Shown here piece after piece: positions 27,770 to 41,000 of a stretch of DNA of 43,008 nucleotides. The stretch lies in the NCBI GenBank assembly GCA_009602725.1, contig WELB01000026.1, positions 28,454 to 71,461 of the forward strand. The letters are read 5' to 3'. This DNA comes from Spirogloea muscicola (Eukaryota). The notes beneath the pieces were generated by a model that saw nothing but the letters and a program-made list of their open reading frames with translations, was not told the DNA's origin and did not search any database. Within the stretch, counting starts at the first letter, position 1. Each line of letters begins with the position of its first letter. The position numbers and the translations under genes are program-made.

Positions 27770-30500
27770 GAGCTGGCATTGGGCTGCCACAGTGGACCTC
27801 ACCCCCCTTCTCATCCCTGACGGCCTTCGAAGTCTACGCCACATTTCCAGATGGGCACGTCTTGAGTGCACCAAGGTTCTTACGCCTTACCTCGCACGCA
27901 TCGAAGCGGGACGCTATGGACGAGGCGGCCTGGGCGTTTTACATGCTTTTTCCCAAGCTTGTTCTTGGCCATCTGTCCTCCTTCGGCGTCAGTGGCCGCA
28001 AGCCTTTCCAGGACAGACTGGCTGCATTTACAAGTGGAGAATGGGAGGAGTTGGCTCAGCAGCGTGCAGCAGCTGCTCGGGTCGCGCTCTCACAGCGGCG
28101 GGCGCGCAATGGATCAGTCAATCAGCCCTCTCAACAGTCCAGAGCTGGCAATCTAGCGCGCACAAGACGCTTTGGCAGGGCAGGAGAACTTTCTCGGGCC
28201 GCTCAGGCCCTTTGCCCTGACCCCCTGGCTACTACCAACGACGCCACGGAGGCTATCCTGCGTCAGCTCCACCCCCCTCCACAACATCCCCTCGAGCCCT
28301 GGGCTGGCGAGCTCCCCAGTCCTCTTGACCTGTCGGCAGAAGTGCTAAGTGTGGCCCTGACCAAAGCCCCCCGGATGGTGTCTGGAGGCACTTCTGGATG
28401 GCTCTTTGAGCACCTACAGGACCTTTTCCTTGACGGGGATGAGAGGAGGTTCTCCCTGTTCCTGTCCACCTGCCGGCACATGGCCAGGGCTGCCATTCCA
28501 CCACGCATTGCCGACGCCTTAAATTCCAGCCACCCGCTGGCCCTTCGTCCACGGCATTCGCGCTGCTCTCGGACTGGATATCAGTAACGCCTTCAACACA
28601 GTGGAGCGCATCGTCATCATGGAGGAGCTGCGCAACCACTTCCCTTTTTCCTCATGGCCTATGGCCGCCCAGGGCGGCTGCTGTGGCAAGCCGGAGAGTC
28701 GTGGAAGACGCTGTGGTCATCTTCTGGCACACGCCAGGGGGATCCCCTTAGCCCAATCCTTTTTGCCTCGGCACATTGTCGGGCTATACGGCGCACCCAG
28801 ATGCAACACCCAGACCTCCTCTTCCCCTCCTACGCCGATGATACACACATCATTGGACCTCCAGCTGAAGTCACGGCGGCTTACCCCTTACTCGTTCGTG
28901 AACTGGACCTGATGGGCCTGCGGGTTTGCCCGTCCAAGAGCGTGGCATGGTCCCCACGCGGTCTCCCCGCCAACCTTCAGCTCCCCCACGGCTGCCAGAC
29001 CCCTGCCAATGAGCTGGCCATCCTCAAGGTCCCCCTTGGCACACCAGTTCACAGGGTGGTGGACTTGCGGGAACGCCTCAAAAACACCTCGCCCCCCTCC
29101 CTTCCCTTCCCCTCCTTGGGGACACACAGCTGGCGTTGGCCATTCTCACCCGCTGCATTGGCCAATGGGCATGCTACCTGCAACGGACAGTCGCCCCAAT
29201 GGGCATGGTGGGCGAGCTCTACAAGGAATTCGACAAACTCCCTGCTGCAGTCCCTGGCATCCCTTCTACAATCTTCCTCTTTCCCCTCCGCTTCTGCCCT
29301 CCAGGCTTCCCTCCCCACTCGCATGGGCGGCCTTGGCTGCCGGTCGTTGGAGCAGACATCGCAAGCAGCCTTCCTGGGCCTGCTGGACCAGATCGCCTCT
29401 ATGCTTCCCATGCGCTTCCCTTGCCTCCACAATCCCGCAATTTGGAGGAAGGCTCCTTCCCCTCCCAAGCGGATCTGAGGAGCATCTCTGACTCGGCAAT
29501 CGGCTCTTTCCCCTCTATACAACCCCTACTCACGCCATTCTCCGCCCTCGCCCAAGCTTCAGATAGAGGGGCACAATCCAGACTGGTTCCGGCAGTGGAA
29601 GATGAGCGCCGCAGAAGCTTGAAGAGGCTGCCAGAGATTCACAACAATCCAAGGAGCCTGGCAAGACTTACTTCCCTCGCCACACCTGGAGCCACAGACT
29701 GGATCACCTCACACGCCCTGGCCAGCGCCTTCAGCATCAGCTCCGAGGCCTTTCGGACGTTGCTTCAACTCCTCCTCGGCCTCCCACCTAAATGCCTGAC
29801 TGGGGTGCGCCAGTGTGAGTGCGGCTTCCGTGCAGAGGGTGCTGAGCTCGCCACTCACATCCTGCGATGCCCTACTGGACCAGAAGTGGTGGGCATCCAC
29901 AACCTCCTCCGTGATGCCCTGGCGGGTTTGATGCGCGACGACGGGTACCATGCGGTCGTGGAAGTGAACAACATCATGCCTATCACCACGGATGCCCAGG
30001 GACGTCATCATTGCCGCACACTTGACATTGTGGGCGTGCAACCTGGTGGAGGACCCCGGGCCTTGGTCGATGTTGTGGTTACGGAGGCCTATAATAGTCC
30101 AGCATCGACACACATCGCTGGCCACGCAGTGGGCAGTGCTGAACAAAGAAAGTTGCAGCACTACTCCAGTTATCCCCAATGTGATCAGCTCCTGCCACGG
30201 CAATCGACATCTTTGGCTGCTTAGGTCCTCGTTTCCTTACTCTCCTTCAAAACATAGCCAATCTAGGCTACACACGACGTGCAGATGTGTTTCCGGCTGA
30301 GATGGGCCTGCCAGCTGCATATCTGTCATTCTTGCAACGACGAGTTTCGGCCTTTTTGCAGCGTGCTCAGGCTAATGCTTTGCACCAGAAAGCTGGGCGA
30401 GCTCTAGTTGGTGGCAGAAGGGCTTCGTATCTGCCATCTAGTATTCAGGCATCGGTTAACGACCTTCATGTTTTGACTCGTGGTTACTGAGCGGGTCAAT
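27770..30500 (+). mobile_element. Longest non-LTR retrotransposon copy (family D, CRE-like RLE clade), degenerate
   Basis: N-terminal FPKLVL, GELSRAAQAL, LRQLHP, SGGTSGWLFEHL. RT motifs LDISNAFN, GTRQGDPLSP, SYADD (28831-28842), LPTRMGGLG. CECG..HILRC. RLE motifs HNLLRD, RTLDIV, VDVVV, RKLQHY. Ends VLTRGY*. Has a deletion near 28545 and several frameshifts. Confidence 0.94.
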
Positions 30501-30584
30501 CTACTGTAGGTTATGTAGGTCTTAAGATGTGGTTGCCTTTGTACGTGGCCATTTGGCCTTCCGTTTGTTTCATATACACGAAAT

Positions 30585-30945
30585 TCGCCTGACGAAAGGC
30601 AGAGGCTGCAGCGAGAGCACGGCCAGCCCGCAGGTGCAAGGCGTGGGCCATGGACCGCTGAAGGGAAATGGACAAGCGCATGCGGTAGACCTGTAAGAGG
30701 CCAGCCCAGGAAAGTGAATGAACAAAGTTCGAAGAGGCCAGAGAAAGCTCTAGAGCACACAGTGCATCAAGTAGCCACGAAGCACTCACTAACCTCTTTT
30801 GAATAGCCGCAGGTCCGAGAAAGTAGTCTCCGGGTAGCGTGTCCCCTGGCCAGAGCCAGAGGCTGCAGCCAAGAAGCCAGAAAGCCAGAAGGAATGGACA
30901 AGATCCAAAGGGCCGATGGGCGCCAAAACCACACAGCTATGCTAT
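30585..30945 (-). mobile_element. Fragments of A-like coding end and family-F 3' UTRs
   Basis: VYRMRLSISLQRSMAHALHLRAGRALAAASAFRQ. gtggctacttgat..tgtgtgc..gggctggcc is shared with 5905-5980 (-). Confidence 0.8.
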
Positions 30946-31585
30946 GTGAGCAATGTAATGCCCATCAGCACGGATTCTCAGGGACGCCAGCACCGTCGCA
31001 CCCTGGACATTGTGGGTGTGCAACCTGGCGGAGGCCCACGGGCCTTGGTTGACGTGGTTGTGACAGAAGCGTACAAGAGTTCAGCATCGACTCATACTGC
31101 TGGCCACGCAGTGGGTGGTGCAGAGCAGAGAAAGCTCCTACACTACTCTGACTACCCCCGCAGTGATCACCTCCTACCAGCCGCACTTGACACTTTCGGC
31201 TGCATGGGTCCTCGCTTTCATACCCTACTTGAAAATATTGCAAGTCTAGCATATGCTCGACGTGAGGATATGCTTCCAGCACAGATGGGCATGCCGGCAG
31301 CCTACTTGTCATTTTTGCGACGTCGAGTGTCAGCAAATCTGCAGCGAGCTCAGGCTCATGCGTTGCATCAAAATGCTGGTCGAGCCTTAGTTGTTGGCAC
31401 AAGAGCTTGTCGATTGCCTTCCAGTATTCGGGCATCAGTTAGCGACCTCTATGTGCCGACTCGTGGTTACTGAGCGGGTCAGCTTGGCAGCAGGCGACGT
31501 ACATCTGTCAATGTGCTTGCCTTTGTACCTGGCCACCCAGGCCCTCCATCACTTGATACACACACTCTTCCCTTTATGCAAGAGA
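30945..31585 (+). mobile_element. 5'-truncated family-D copy (RLE C-terminus plus 3' UTR)
   Basis: VSNVMPISTDSQGR..RTLDIV..RKLLHY..LDTFG..YVPTRGY*, highly similar to 18479-19010 (-). Confidence 0.93.
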
Positions 31586-31609
31586 CAACGGCGACTGGGA
31601 TTGCAGGCC

Positions 31610-31835
31610 TTGGCCATTCCTTTGGGCTGGCCTCTCGCAGCACCTGCTGTCAATTTGGCAGAGCTGTTTCTTTGATTGGGAGCTTAGTAACCCCGAGTCA
31701 GCAGCAGCCGCAAGCCGGATGGACTGGCAGCTCGAAACGAGGCACCGCGAGGAGGCCCAGAAACTGGCAGCAGCAGGCAAAGCGCGGCCTGCCCTCTTAA
31801 GTGCGCGCTCTGGGCTGGCTTTCACAGCCACCCCG
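31610..31835. repeat. Terminal motifs (+ at ~31610-31672 and ~31810-31835) around a minus-strand coding-end fragment (~31683-31797)
   Basis: ccattcctttgggctggcctctcgcagc and tgggctggctttcacagcc on the plus strand. Minus strand reads [12 protein letters not shown]...LTRGY*. Confidence 0.7.
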
Positions 31836-31891
31836 CCAGATCCACACACCCGCACTCCGTGAGGCCGACGCCCGCCCCCCCGGCCGCCGCC

Positions 31892-33784
31892 ATGGGCGCC
31901 AAGACGTACCCGCCCGTGTCCGCCGAGTACGCCGCCGCCATCGCCAAGGCCCGCCGCGAGCTCCGCGCCCTCATCGCCGGTGCCCGACCCCCCCCGATCT
32001 GCCCGATCTTGCCGCCCCCGCATCGCTCCCACCGGGCAGTACTGACACCGCCGCGCGCGCGCCCGCCGCAGAGAAGAACTGCGCGCCCATCATGCTGCGC
32101 CTCGCGTGAGGCCCTGCTCTTCGCCAGCCCACATTGCCTAACCCCTGCTGCCAGCCTCCAGCCTCCGCACCTCCACCCCACCGTGCTTGCATCTGCAGCC
32201 CCGCCAGCTACCTGGACGCCCACGCCCCCTCCTCACCTTGCCCCTCCTCTCTGCGGCAGCTGGCACAACTGTGGCACCTACGACGTCAAGACCAACACCG
32301 GCGGCCCCAATGGCACCATCCGCAACAACCACGAGCTCTCGCACCAAGCCAACGCCGGCCTCACCTGGGCTGTGCAGCAGCTCGAGTGCATCCACGACAA
32401 GCTACCAGTCTTGAGCTATGCCGACATCTATCAGCTGGCGGGGGTGGTGGCTGTTGAGGTCACTGGCGGACCCGACATCGACTTCGTCCCGGGCCGCCTA
32501 GTGCGTTTGCTTCCCTAGCTCCCATGGACTGCTTGAATGCCCACTCGAGGGCAGCGACCTTGGCGCCCAAAACCGTCCAGCCTCTACTTTAGCAGCTGGG
32601 GCTGCTTGTATGGCAGAGGACCCCTTGCACCAATGCTCGTACTGCAGATGAAGCTCAGTCTGTCCCTGTGAGCGACAAAATACACACGCGGACCTTGGAC
32701 CTGCTCCTGCAGGACCTCACTGACAGTCCTGACGAAGGACGTCTGCCGAATCCAACCAAAGGTCAGCTGGACCCTTGCTCGGGCAACTCTGTGCAACAGT
32801 CATGGCTGGTGGGGCCAAACGCATGCAGATGGCTTGAGTTTCTGTTTCACTGGAGTGACATGTGTAAGCTTTACCCCCACACTATTATGTTGTCTATGAC
32901 AAATAAACCCTCCCGTCCTTCAGGTGCGGATCACTTGCGGCAAGTCTTTGTCACACAGATGGGCATGAGTGACAAAGACATTGTGGTTCTCTCGGGGGCT
33001 CACACACTGGTAAACTTGCAGAATAGTCTGCGCACACTTGATGAAGTGTTGACTTTACGTGCCAACCGCAGCGCCCTTGCTTTGACTTAGTGACAATAGG
33101 CCCACTGATGCTTGTCAGAGGGCGCAGGTTGCCAGCAGTATTCTCTAATCGCAGATTCATGCAATTTTGTTTTGGCAGGGGCGATGCCACAAGGAGAGGT
33201 CAGGTTTTGAGGGACCTTGGACAGAGAAGCCCCTCAAATTCTCCAACGATTACTTCCAGTTAAGCAGGCTTTGCCTAGCACTTGTCACTAAAGTCTCTGT
33301 CATTGTTCATTCTGCAGTGTCTCACCGTCTGTATCCATAATTCGATACATGATGGCAGGGAGCTCATGGGCGGAGAGAGGGACGGTCTTCTGCAGCTTCC
33401 TTCAGACAAGGTCTTGGTCGAGGACGACAAGTTCCGCCTATATGTTGAGCTTTATGCCAAGGTGCGCGAGTACAGCTGCGGAAGCTTGCATGCCTCTGTA
33501 CACTATGAACGTCAATTTTCTAAAAATCCTGCTGAGGCTGGAGGAGAATGCCATTGCAGGACGAGGATGCCTTCTTTGCTGATTATGCTGAGTCACACAA
33601 GAAGTTGTCGGAACTCGGGTGAGTGATCAGCTTCTGGGCTCTACAAAAAAGTCCTGACCCTCCTGGTGTTGCTGATACTGCACCTATGAACTTGTTTACG
33701 ACCCTCCTCATGTTACTGATAGTTCACCTATAATACGTGAGACTGCTCGGGCACATCTCGTGCAGATTTGGCAAGGAGAATTGA
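31892..33784 (+). CDS. APX: Cytosolic-type ascorbate peroxidase, multi-exon
   Basis: [98 protein letters not shown]. No transit peptide or TM tail. Confidence 0.96.
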
Positions 33785-35083
33785 TGAAGAGGAGCACTGG
33801 AAGCTCGCAAGCAGGTTGCTCTTCTTTCCTTTGTTATTAGCGATGTTAGCTACAGCTTAATCACTATACTTGCTTATCATATCAAGCTTACTGATTGAGC
33901 TGCTTAATTCATGAACTGGCATTAGAGAAAATGATTTCGTTATGAAGACATTATTGATAGCTGTTGGTCACCTTCACTTATATACTGTGCATTGACTGCT
34001 GCATGCAACTTTCTATAGCATGCATACAGAGGCAAATATGAGAGGTAAGTATGAGAGTGGGTAGCCCCTCCGGCTACAGGTTGTCCAGTCTGCAGGTCTG
34101 GTACTGTGCAGGACATCAGGTAGTCACTCGCAAACAACTTGTAAGCATAAGTCAGTCACAGACTCTTACATTTCCATTGACACGGCAACTACTTTGAGGA
34201 GATGAGAGTACCATGTCTCACTAAGGCCTGTCATTGCATTGGGGTTACAAAGGAGGGAGGGCGTCCATGGTCCTGTGAGAGACATGATTGTTCAGATCAA
34301 GAGAATGGCTTAAGTTGAGCTTCGGTTGACCATGCTAACTGCTGCACATTGCCGGCAGATTGCCACCAAGAGACCATCGAAATCATCGAGTGTCCACCGA
34401 GTGTGTGTGTAGACACAGTAGTATGATCAAAGTCTTGCTGCTACCATGATCACTGTGAATTTGTCAGATAGGGCGCAGCATTGGACAAAGACAAAACCGA
34501 GATGTCCTCAATATCTGGCCAAGGCAGGTGCAATCATTCGCCCTTCCAGTAGCTGCAATGGCCTAGCCTCAAAGTTACACAATTGCTGGGTTGAGAAGGT
34601 GCCAGACAAGGAGCGGGGGCTTCTGCGTCTGCTGATCAGGCTGCTTAAGCAGTGCACTGTGCTTCATCTCCTGCACATGCACATGCAGGCGTGATAGCCC
34701 ATAAGTCAGGTATTGAGGTCAAGCATAGGCTTGTAGGGGATTAGGGATGAGTATCCCCGTGGAATGCCTGCCACAGCATCGGGGAGGTGCGCCCAGCACA
34801 TACATTGAGGTAATAACCTGCTATCTCCTCCGAGACACAGAGACCAAGCAACTGTACATCACATGCATCTTCAAGTGGCCTGTCAAGGCTCGTCTACAAC
34901 CATCTGCCTGGCGGCTATTTGCCAAAGGCAGTAGCAGCAAATAGCAAGACGCTTTGGAGATGCTTATATCATGGGGAGCTGTTTACACTGTGCAGCCTTC
35001 CATCTTGTCATCCTCCGCTAAGTGGAAGGTAATCTTGCTGTCACTGATGAGGACCTCCAATCAGGACCTCAAGTGCTTGGAGC

Positions 35084-38000
35084 TTACTCAGCAGCATTTC
35101 CCAATACTGCCTGCAGAGACCTGCAAAAGTGCAGACCACATGCCTTGACAAATTCAGCAACCACGATGATGACGTCTTCACTTGTCTCCCCCCCGTTCCT
35201 CAGCACCCCATGTGCTCTTTAAACACAGTTCTGGCCGTGATCACAGAGGTACTTGAAGGAATAGAGTCAAAAGATACCCTCTGGGCAGGAATGCACAAGC
35301 AGCACTACAGCTAAGTGCAGTAGTTGTCTATGCCGCCAAATATCAGAAGAGAAGTGCAAGGAGCATACTGTGCATTCTCCATTGCCAACTGTAGCATACT
35401 GAGGTGGTATACTTGTTTCTGGTGAACAGCAACAACTGCTGCTTTTAACAGCAAAGCTCATGGCTGAAGCTCATGAAACAAAAGGCAAACCTAGGGATAG
35501 AGTTGAAAATGGATGGTTGAGCTGCATGAGCTGCAAGAGGAGCGCGCAGGTCTGGGTAGGTTTTCAGCGCCTCTTCAAGCTGCGCACTGGGAAGCTGCAA
35601 CCAACCAGTCTGGGTATCTGTCAGGAGCCCATACTTCGTGGGTGCGAAGCATCACAAAGCATACGCAGCAGACTGACCTGCACAATCACATCCCTTCTTG
35701 TAATGGACCTGTTTAAAAGCTATGATTTGCAGGAGACCAAGTCACCTGCAGGAGGACAGTGAAGGAGTGGGGCTGACTTTGCTCGGCACATTTTAAAAAG
35801 CCTACCCATAGCTGCTTTGCCATCTTCCATATCTGCAGACAAAAAGGTTCCTATTGGCATGATGACTTGAAGCCACTTGTAAGCCTGCCCAATGAATTCT
35901 TCAGGCAAATTGCAAAGCAGGCTTCAATGCAGTCCCCACATGAGTTGTGCAACCTACCTGTCGGTTGACTAACTTAGACAAGAGCTCCATCACGAATCTC
36001 ATCTGCAAGGTATTGAAGGTATTTAGCTACAGAGGAGACCTTTATTTCTGTGAAATACATTTTTTGCATGCGATTGGACGACAACAGCAGGGTGCTTGGA
36101 GGCTGCAGGGCCTCATGGAAAGACCAAGTGCACAGATTGTAGCTCGCTCATCGCCAAAACAAAATGCTGGACACTGAAACGATATGTGGGGCTGATATGC
36201 TCATACCAATGGAGGATGAGCAGCAAGTGCCTGTATAATAGTCCGAAGGAGCAGTACTGGCAGTGGCGTGTTCTCAACCTGTGGATGAGAACGCACAGGT
36301 TGTTTTCTGGGAGATGTCCAGTGCATTCAGCGCAACAAAGCACAGGCACATGGCTGAGAGGTCTTACGAGCTGATTAAGTGCCTTTGCAAGCACTGGCTG
36401 AGTGAAGATAGACCGTTGCTGCAGGCATGCTGTGATGGCATCTACCACCTGCCATTATAAGTAGCATAGAAGCGTAAGTGACATCACATTGACTTCCTCG
36501 CACAGGCGATATACGATACTGTCAAAGTGCTGGCTAACAAAAATGCATAGGTAGGAATTCGCTTTGCTTGCCTTCTTCAGTGGCACTTTGTCCCGCTGAG
36601 AATCTATAGTGTGCAGCGCAATCAGTGCGTCTGTGGGAGTCAGAGCAGGCCCGCTGTGAGGCGACCCCTGCAGCAGTGGACACAGCTCAGTCAGCAGTCT
36701 CCATGAATACAGTAGTCACCAATCTGCATAGACTTGTCAAAATCCACAACACAGATGAAAAGCAGGTGGTGACGACCTGTAGAATGCGCGCAAGAGCTAT
36801 CTGGAATTTCTCCAGTGGGAGGTCCAACAGCCGGGGGAAGATGGGCATCACCTAGTGATCAAGGTTCTCCAGTGTGAGCAGCTTTCAGAAAGATAAGCCT
36901 ACAAGATCACGGCATTCGTCTATGACATGCTTCGTCCAAGCTGATATAGCCATGATATAGCCATACCTGATCTCGCAAGAGGGAAGGCAAGATTGGAATG
37001 AGGATCTCCGTATCCTGCATAGCGTGCCAAGACAGGATCATATATACACGATAATTGGGAAAAGCTATGATGGCAAGTTTGCAATCAGATACTAAGACAC
37101 CAGGCACGTGATAGATGATACCGCAGTATCCTCCAACCTTGAGCTTGTTTCTGTAGAGCTCCAGTATCCGCGCGATTATGTCTGGAGACAAGGGTGCAGC
37201 CTCACTCAAGCTGTGCAAGATCTGCCAAGTGACACCAACGATGGTGTCACTCAGTACTTGTCGACCACCACAGACATACCGGACTGCATTTGCCCAGGCG
37301 CAAAGAAGCGATGACAAGGCTGACCTTCAGCAGCAAAAGCTTGCACTCTGGAGGAGTGCTAGATATGTGTTCCAGTAAATCTGGCGATTGAGGTCCAATA
37401 GAGCGCATCAACTGCGGCACCTGGCGGTTCACTACCTGAATGCCCATGAGAACTGCCTCAGCCAACAGATCCCGGCCCTCTTTCAAGGCAGGTGAACAAG
37501 CTTGCAGTCTAATCAGACCCAGTGAGAAAAGCGGTACTCACCACTCTCGCGGGCTTGTCAGCCACAGCATATGCTTGAAAGAGCTTCCCAAGGAGCGAAT
37601 GCTTCTGCTCACATTTAAACAGGACAGTAATCAGCAAACTGAGCCCTAGACCGGAGGCAGATGAGCACTTGCAGGTCCACGGGTCTTACACGCGAGCAGA
37701 GGGCCAGGAAGAGCGACATGTGCCGAAGGGCCTCTGCTGCAGCGGAGGAAGTGCCAGCTGGTTCGGCGCTGCGCCGCCTGCGCTCCTCCGCAGTGCCATT
37801 GACGTCCTCTTCCGGTTGCATGGCCTCCGCCCCATCTCCAATTACTGCTGGAGGATGTGCAGCAAGCAGAAGCCCCTTGGTTGCAAACTCCTCAATGTCC
37901 TCAGTGAGGTAGCTCAGAGGGTGGAGCCTGTTAGCAACCTGCAAGAGGCTTGCCGATAAGCAACTCACCCCAAGGCAAGCAGCAGTTGCATTCACTTACT

Positions 38001-41000
38001 GCTTGAAGTCATTTGCATGACAATCGCATTCATGTAGTACGCACTCATTGCGGGATTGCCAGCCCAGGTTGGACAAAAGTCATGCGGGAGAGAATCATGC
38101 TGCACCAGCTCTTATACCGCAACCCACATTAGCACAGTGTGAAACGAGGAGGTGTTTAGCTCTTGCCAAAAGTTTCCTTACCAGACGGATGGCCACGGTG
38201 CGGACCTCCTCCTGCTCATGGGTGGTGCACTGCAATTGCGACGCAAGCCCCAAAACCAGGAGCCATCAGGAATTGAGGAAGTCTGTCACTGGGGCTGCGT
38301 GCTCCAGTGAAGCCTCTTGCCTGCATGGAGGCAACCTTACCTGCAGGGCGAGTGCCAGACAGCTCTTGCGCAAGGAAGGGCGGTGTAGCAGGAGAGCCCA
38401 GAGTGTGCTCAGGCCCTGCATCGTCCGCTCTCCTCCCCCGACAGGAGCTCCTCGACCTCCCTCCTCATCGTCCTCGTCGTCCTCAGTAAGTGGCTTCTCA
38501 ATCTGACCCTGGCAGAGGCGCCCAACAACATCCAGCACCGCCTGGGGCACTACTGGTGCCTCACACAGCAGCCGCTGCAGAGACTTGTCGGTTGCAGGCA
38601 GCTTGTTGATCACTCCCCCCGCCTGTACACAAAGCAGAACAGAAGTCACTTGGGGCGTCAGCGCAGACCGCCAACTGACAGCATTACATTCCACAAGAGT
38701 AAGCATAAGCAGCAAACTTGACAGGGGCCAGCAGCAAGAGAAATAGCTCGACCATCGCTTACCATTGCCAGGAAGAAGCGGTCATACTGAGCTTGCGGTG
38801 AGCTTTGTGACCTCTGTGCATCAGTTGGCACGGGGGCCAGAGCATCCTCAGGCACTTCAAGTGGGGGCTCCACTGCGTACAGGTGAAAGAGGACCGCCTG
38901 CGCGACCTCGTGGCCCTGCTTATTGCACAAGGAGTTCCTTATCAGTTGCGTGGCAAGACCGGCAAAGCTTGAAACTATGACTCTGCAGCCTGCAGCTTTA
39001 CCTTCCGATTGCTGTAGTCTTCCAGCAGGTATTCTTGCAGCATCTTGTAAGCGCTGTCTGCTCGGCAGTCCTGCAAGCAGCCCTCAACAATCCATCTGTC
39101 AGCTGCTGCCTTGGATTGAATACATAGAGTGCTTGAGCTACTCGTGAGCCGTGGTGGGACAAGCCATGGAGGTGCATGCCTCCTCACCTGCACCAGCAGG
39201 CGTGCTATTAGAGCACTCCGCAGGTCCAAAGTACCGGCCAACACAGCTGCCCCATGTGCATCGACAATCCGGCGCAGAGCTGCACTGTGCATGGCCTGCT
39301 GCTGCTGTGGCATGAGGATGACCACTGGCAGTCTTCTTGCCACAGTAACTGTCATGGCCCCTTCGACTTCCCGCGCTCTCTGGGGCTTGTCTAGCTCATT
39401 TATCTGATCAACCTCCATGACACTCCCTTCAACTTTCACATCTATTGAAGCTGTGGGTGCAGGAGATTGTGCAGTCTGCAGATCATGGGTGGCTGAGACT
39501 GACTGTGACGTTATCAGACTTGGGGACAATATTCCAACTGCGTCCTCGCTCTTTGCAGGGGTGCGCCGCGGGTCAAGGAGCCGCGGATCCTGCATGCCAT
39601 TGCCGTTATGGTCACCAATCACTTTCTGGCAGTGGATGACTGCCTGCAATCTGGAGGACTGATTGACTGGGTGAGAAGGCCAGACACTGAACAAAGAGGG
39701 TAGCCCCAGAAACGGGGCTAAGCTTGAAGAGGTCAATCAGAAGCGCACTACCTGGCAAGTGCCAGATCCTGGTCTCAGCAAGATATACTGAAAGAGCACG
39801 CACCCTTCGTGTGTCTTTGACACTCGATGCAGCGCTGTTGGCAGTATCTGATGCCGGCGGCACGGCAGGGGCTGCTTCAGAGGGCGGTGGCCCCAGGTGC
39901 TGCATGTTGAAGATGACAATGTCGGCCAGCATGTCTGCAGGTAAGCTGCCCACGAGCAGCTGAGCAGACGCTGCACCCTGCTCGCCCTGTGCTGCAAGCT
40001 CGCTCAGCGCGTTCACCATCTGCTGCAGGCCCGGGGCCAGGGGTGGGAACATTAGCTGTGCTGGAGTATCGCTCCGCTTCGGCTCCACCTTGGCCCGCTT
40101 GGCCACCACTGCGCCGCCACTGCCGTCCCGCTCAATGAGTTGCACTTCTCCTGGACCACCATTCTCATGCGCTCTCTCAAGGCTGCCATTCTCGTGCATG
40201 CGCTTCAGGCTCTCCGTCAGGCCCCCTGCCCCATACTGATCCTCCACCTGCAAGCACATCAAGGTTCTGTGATATCAGGCGCTCAAGGAACACTATTGTG
40301 CCAGGGACCTTTGGACCTTGTTCAGAGCAGTTAACTACACAGCAAGCATCTATATCCCCTCACCTTCACTTTCACAGATGGTGTGATGGAGTCAAGGTTG
40401 CCGTCTTTGTTTGCCTGGTGCTGAGCTCGGTCCAAGTAACGAAGTGCAGCGTCCACAGACTCGCCCCCGTTCATGCGCCGCAAAGCATCAGCGATGCGGT
40501 CGCGCCACTGCACATCACAGGTAAGTCCTTGGTGGACCCTTACATTCGCTCTGGCACTTGCTGTCAACCTCTGGCCTCAAGAATGACTAGTCAATACGAA
40601 GCACAAGTAGCAACACACTGATGTATGACCAAGAGCATCAAGGTCACATGCACAGAGATGCAACAACTATGTGGAGGTCAAGCATGAGGCATCAACCTCT
40701 CCATCAACTGTAGCGCCTAGATATAGGACACGCAAAGGGAAGGTATGCTTGGGCCTGGTGTGGCAATGCTGCTCACCGGCATAGCTCCGGCGTTTGTGCA
40801 CTTGAGAAGAGCCACCAGGGAAGCTTTGAGAGCATGCACTACGCTGGCAACCTGAGCACCCCCACGCATGACCTCGCAGCCAGGGGCCAGGGCAAGCAGT
40901 ACAGGCGCCACTCTGCCGAAGAAGGCAACCCGCTGCCTTGCGATGCTGCTCAAACTGCCAGCGAGACAGATTGACATGCACGATCATATACTCCCAAAGA

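Noticed and set aside
22513..33784. Functional gene cluster (sterol synthesis plus antioxidant)
   Set aside because: Neighbouring genes are unrelated housekeeping functions, with no evidence of a pathway cluster.
33785..35083. Additional gene between APX and symplekin
   Set aside because: Only short ORFs without recognisable motifs, consistent with convergent 3' UTRs.
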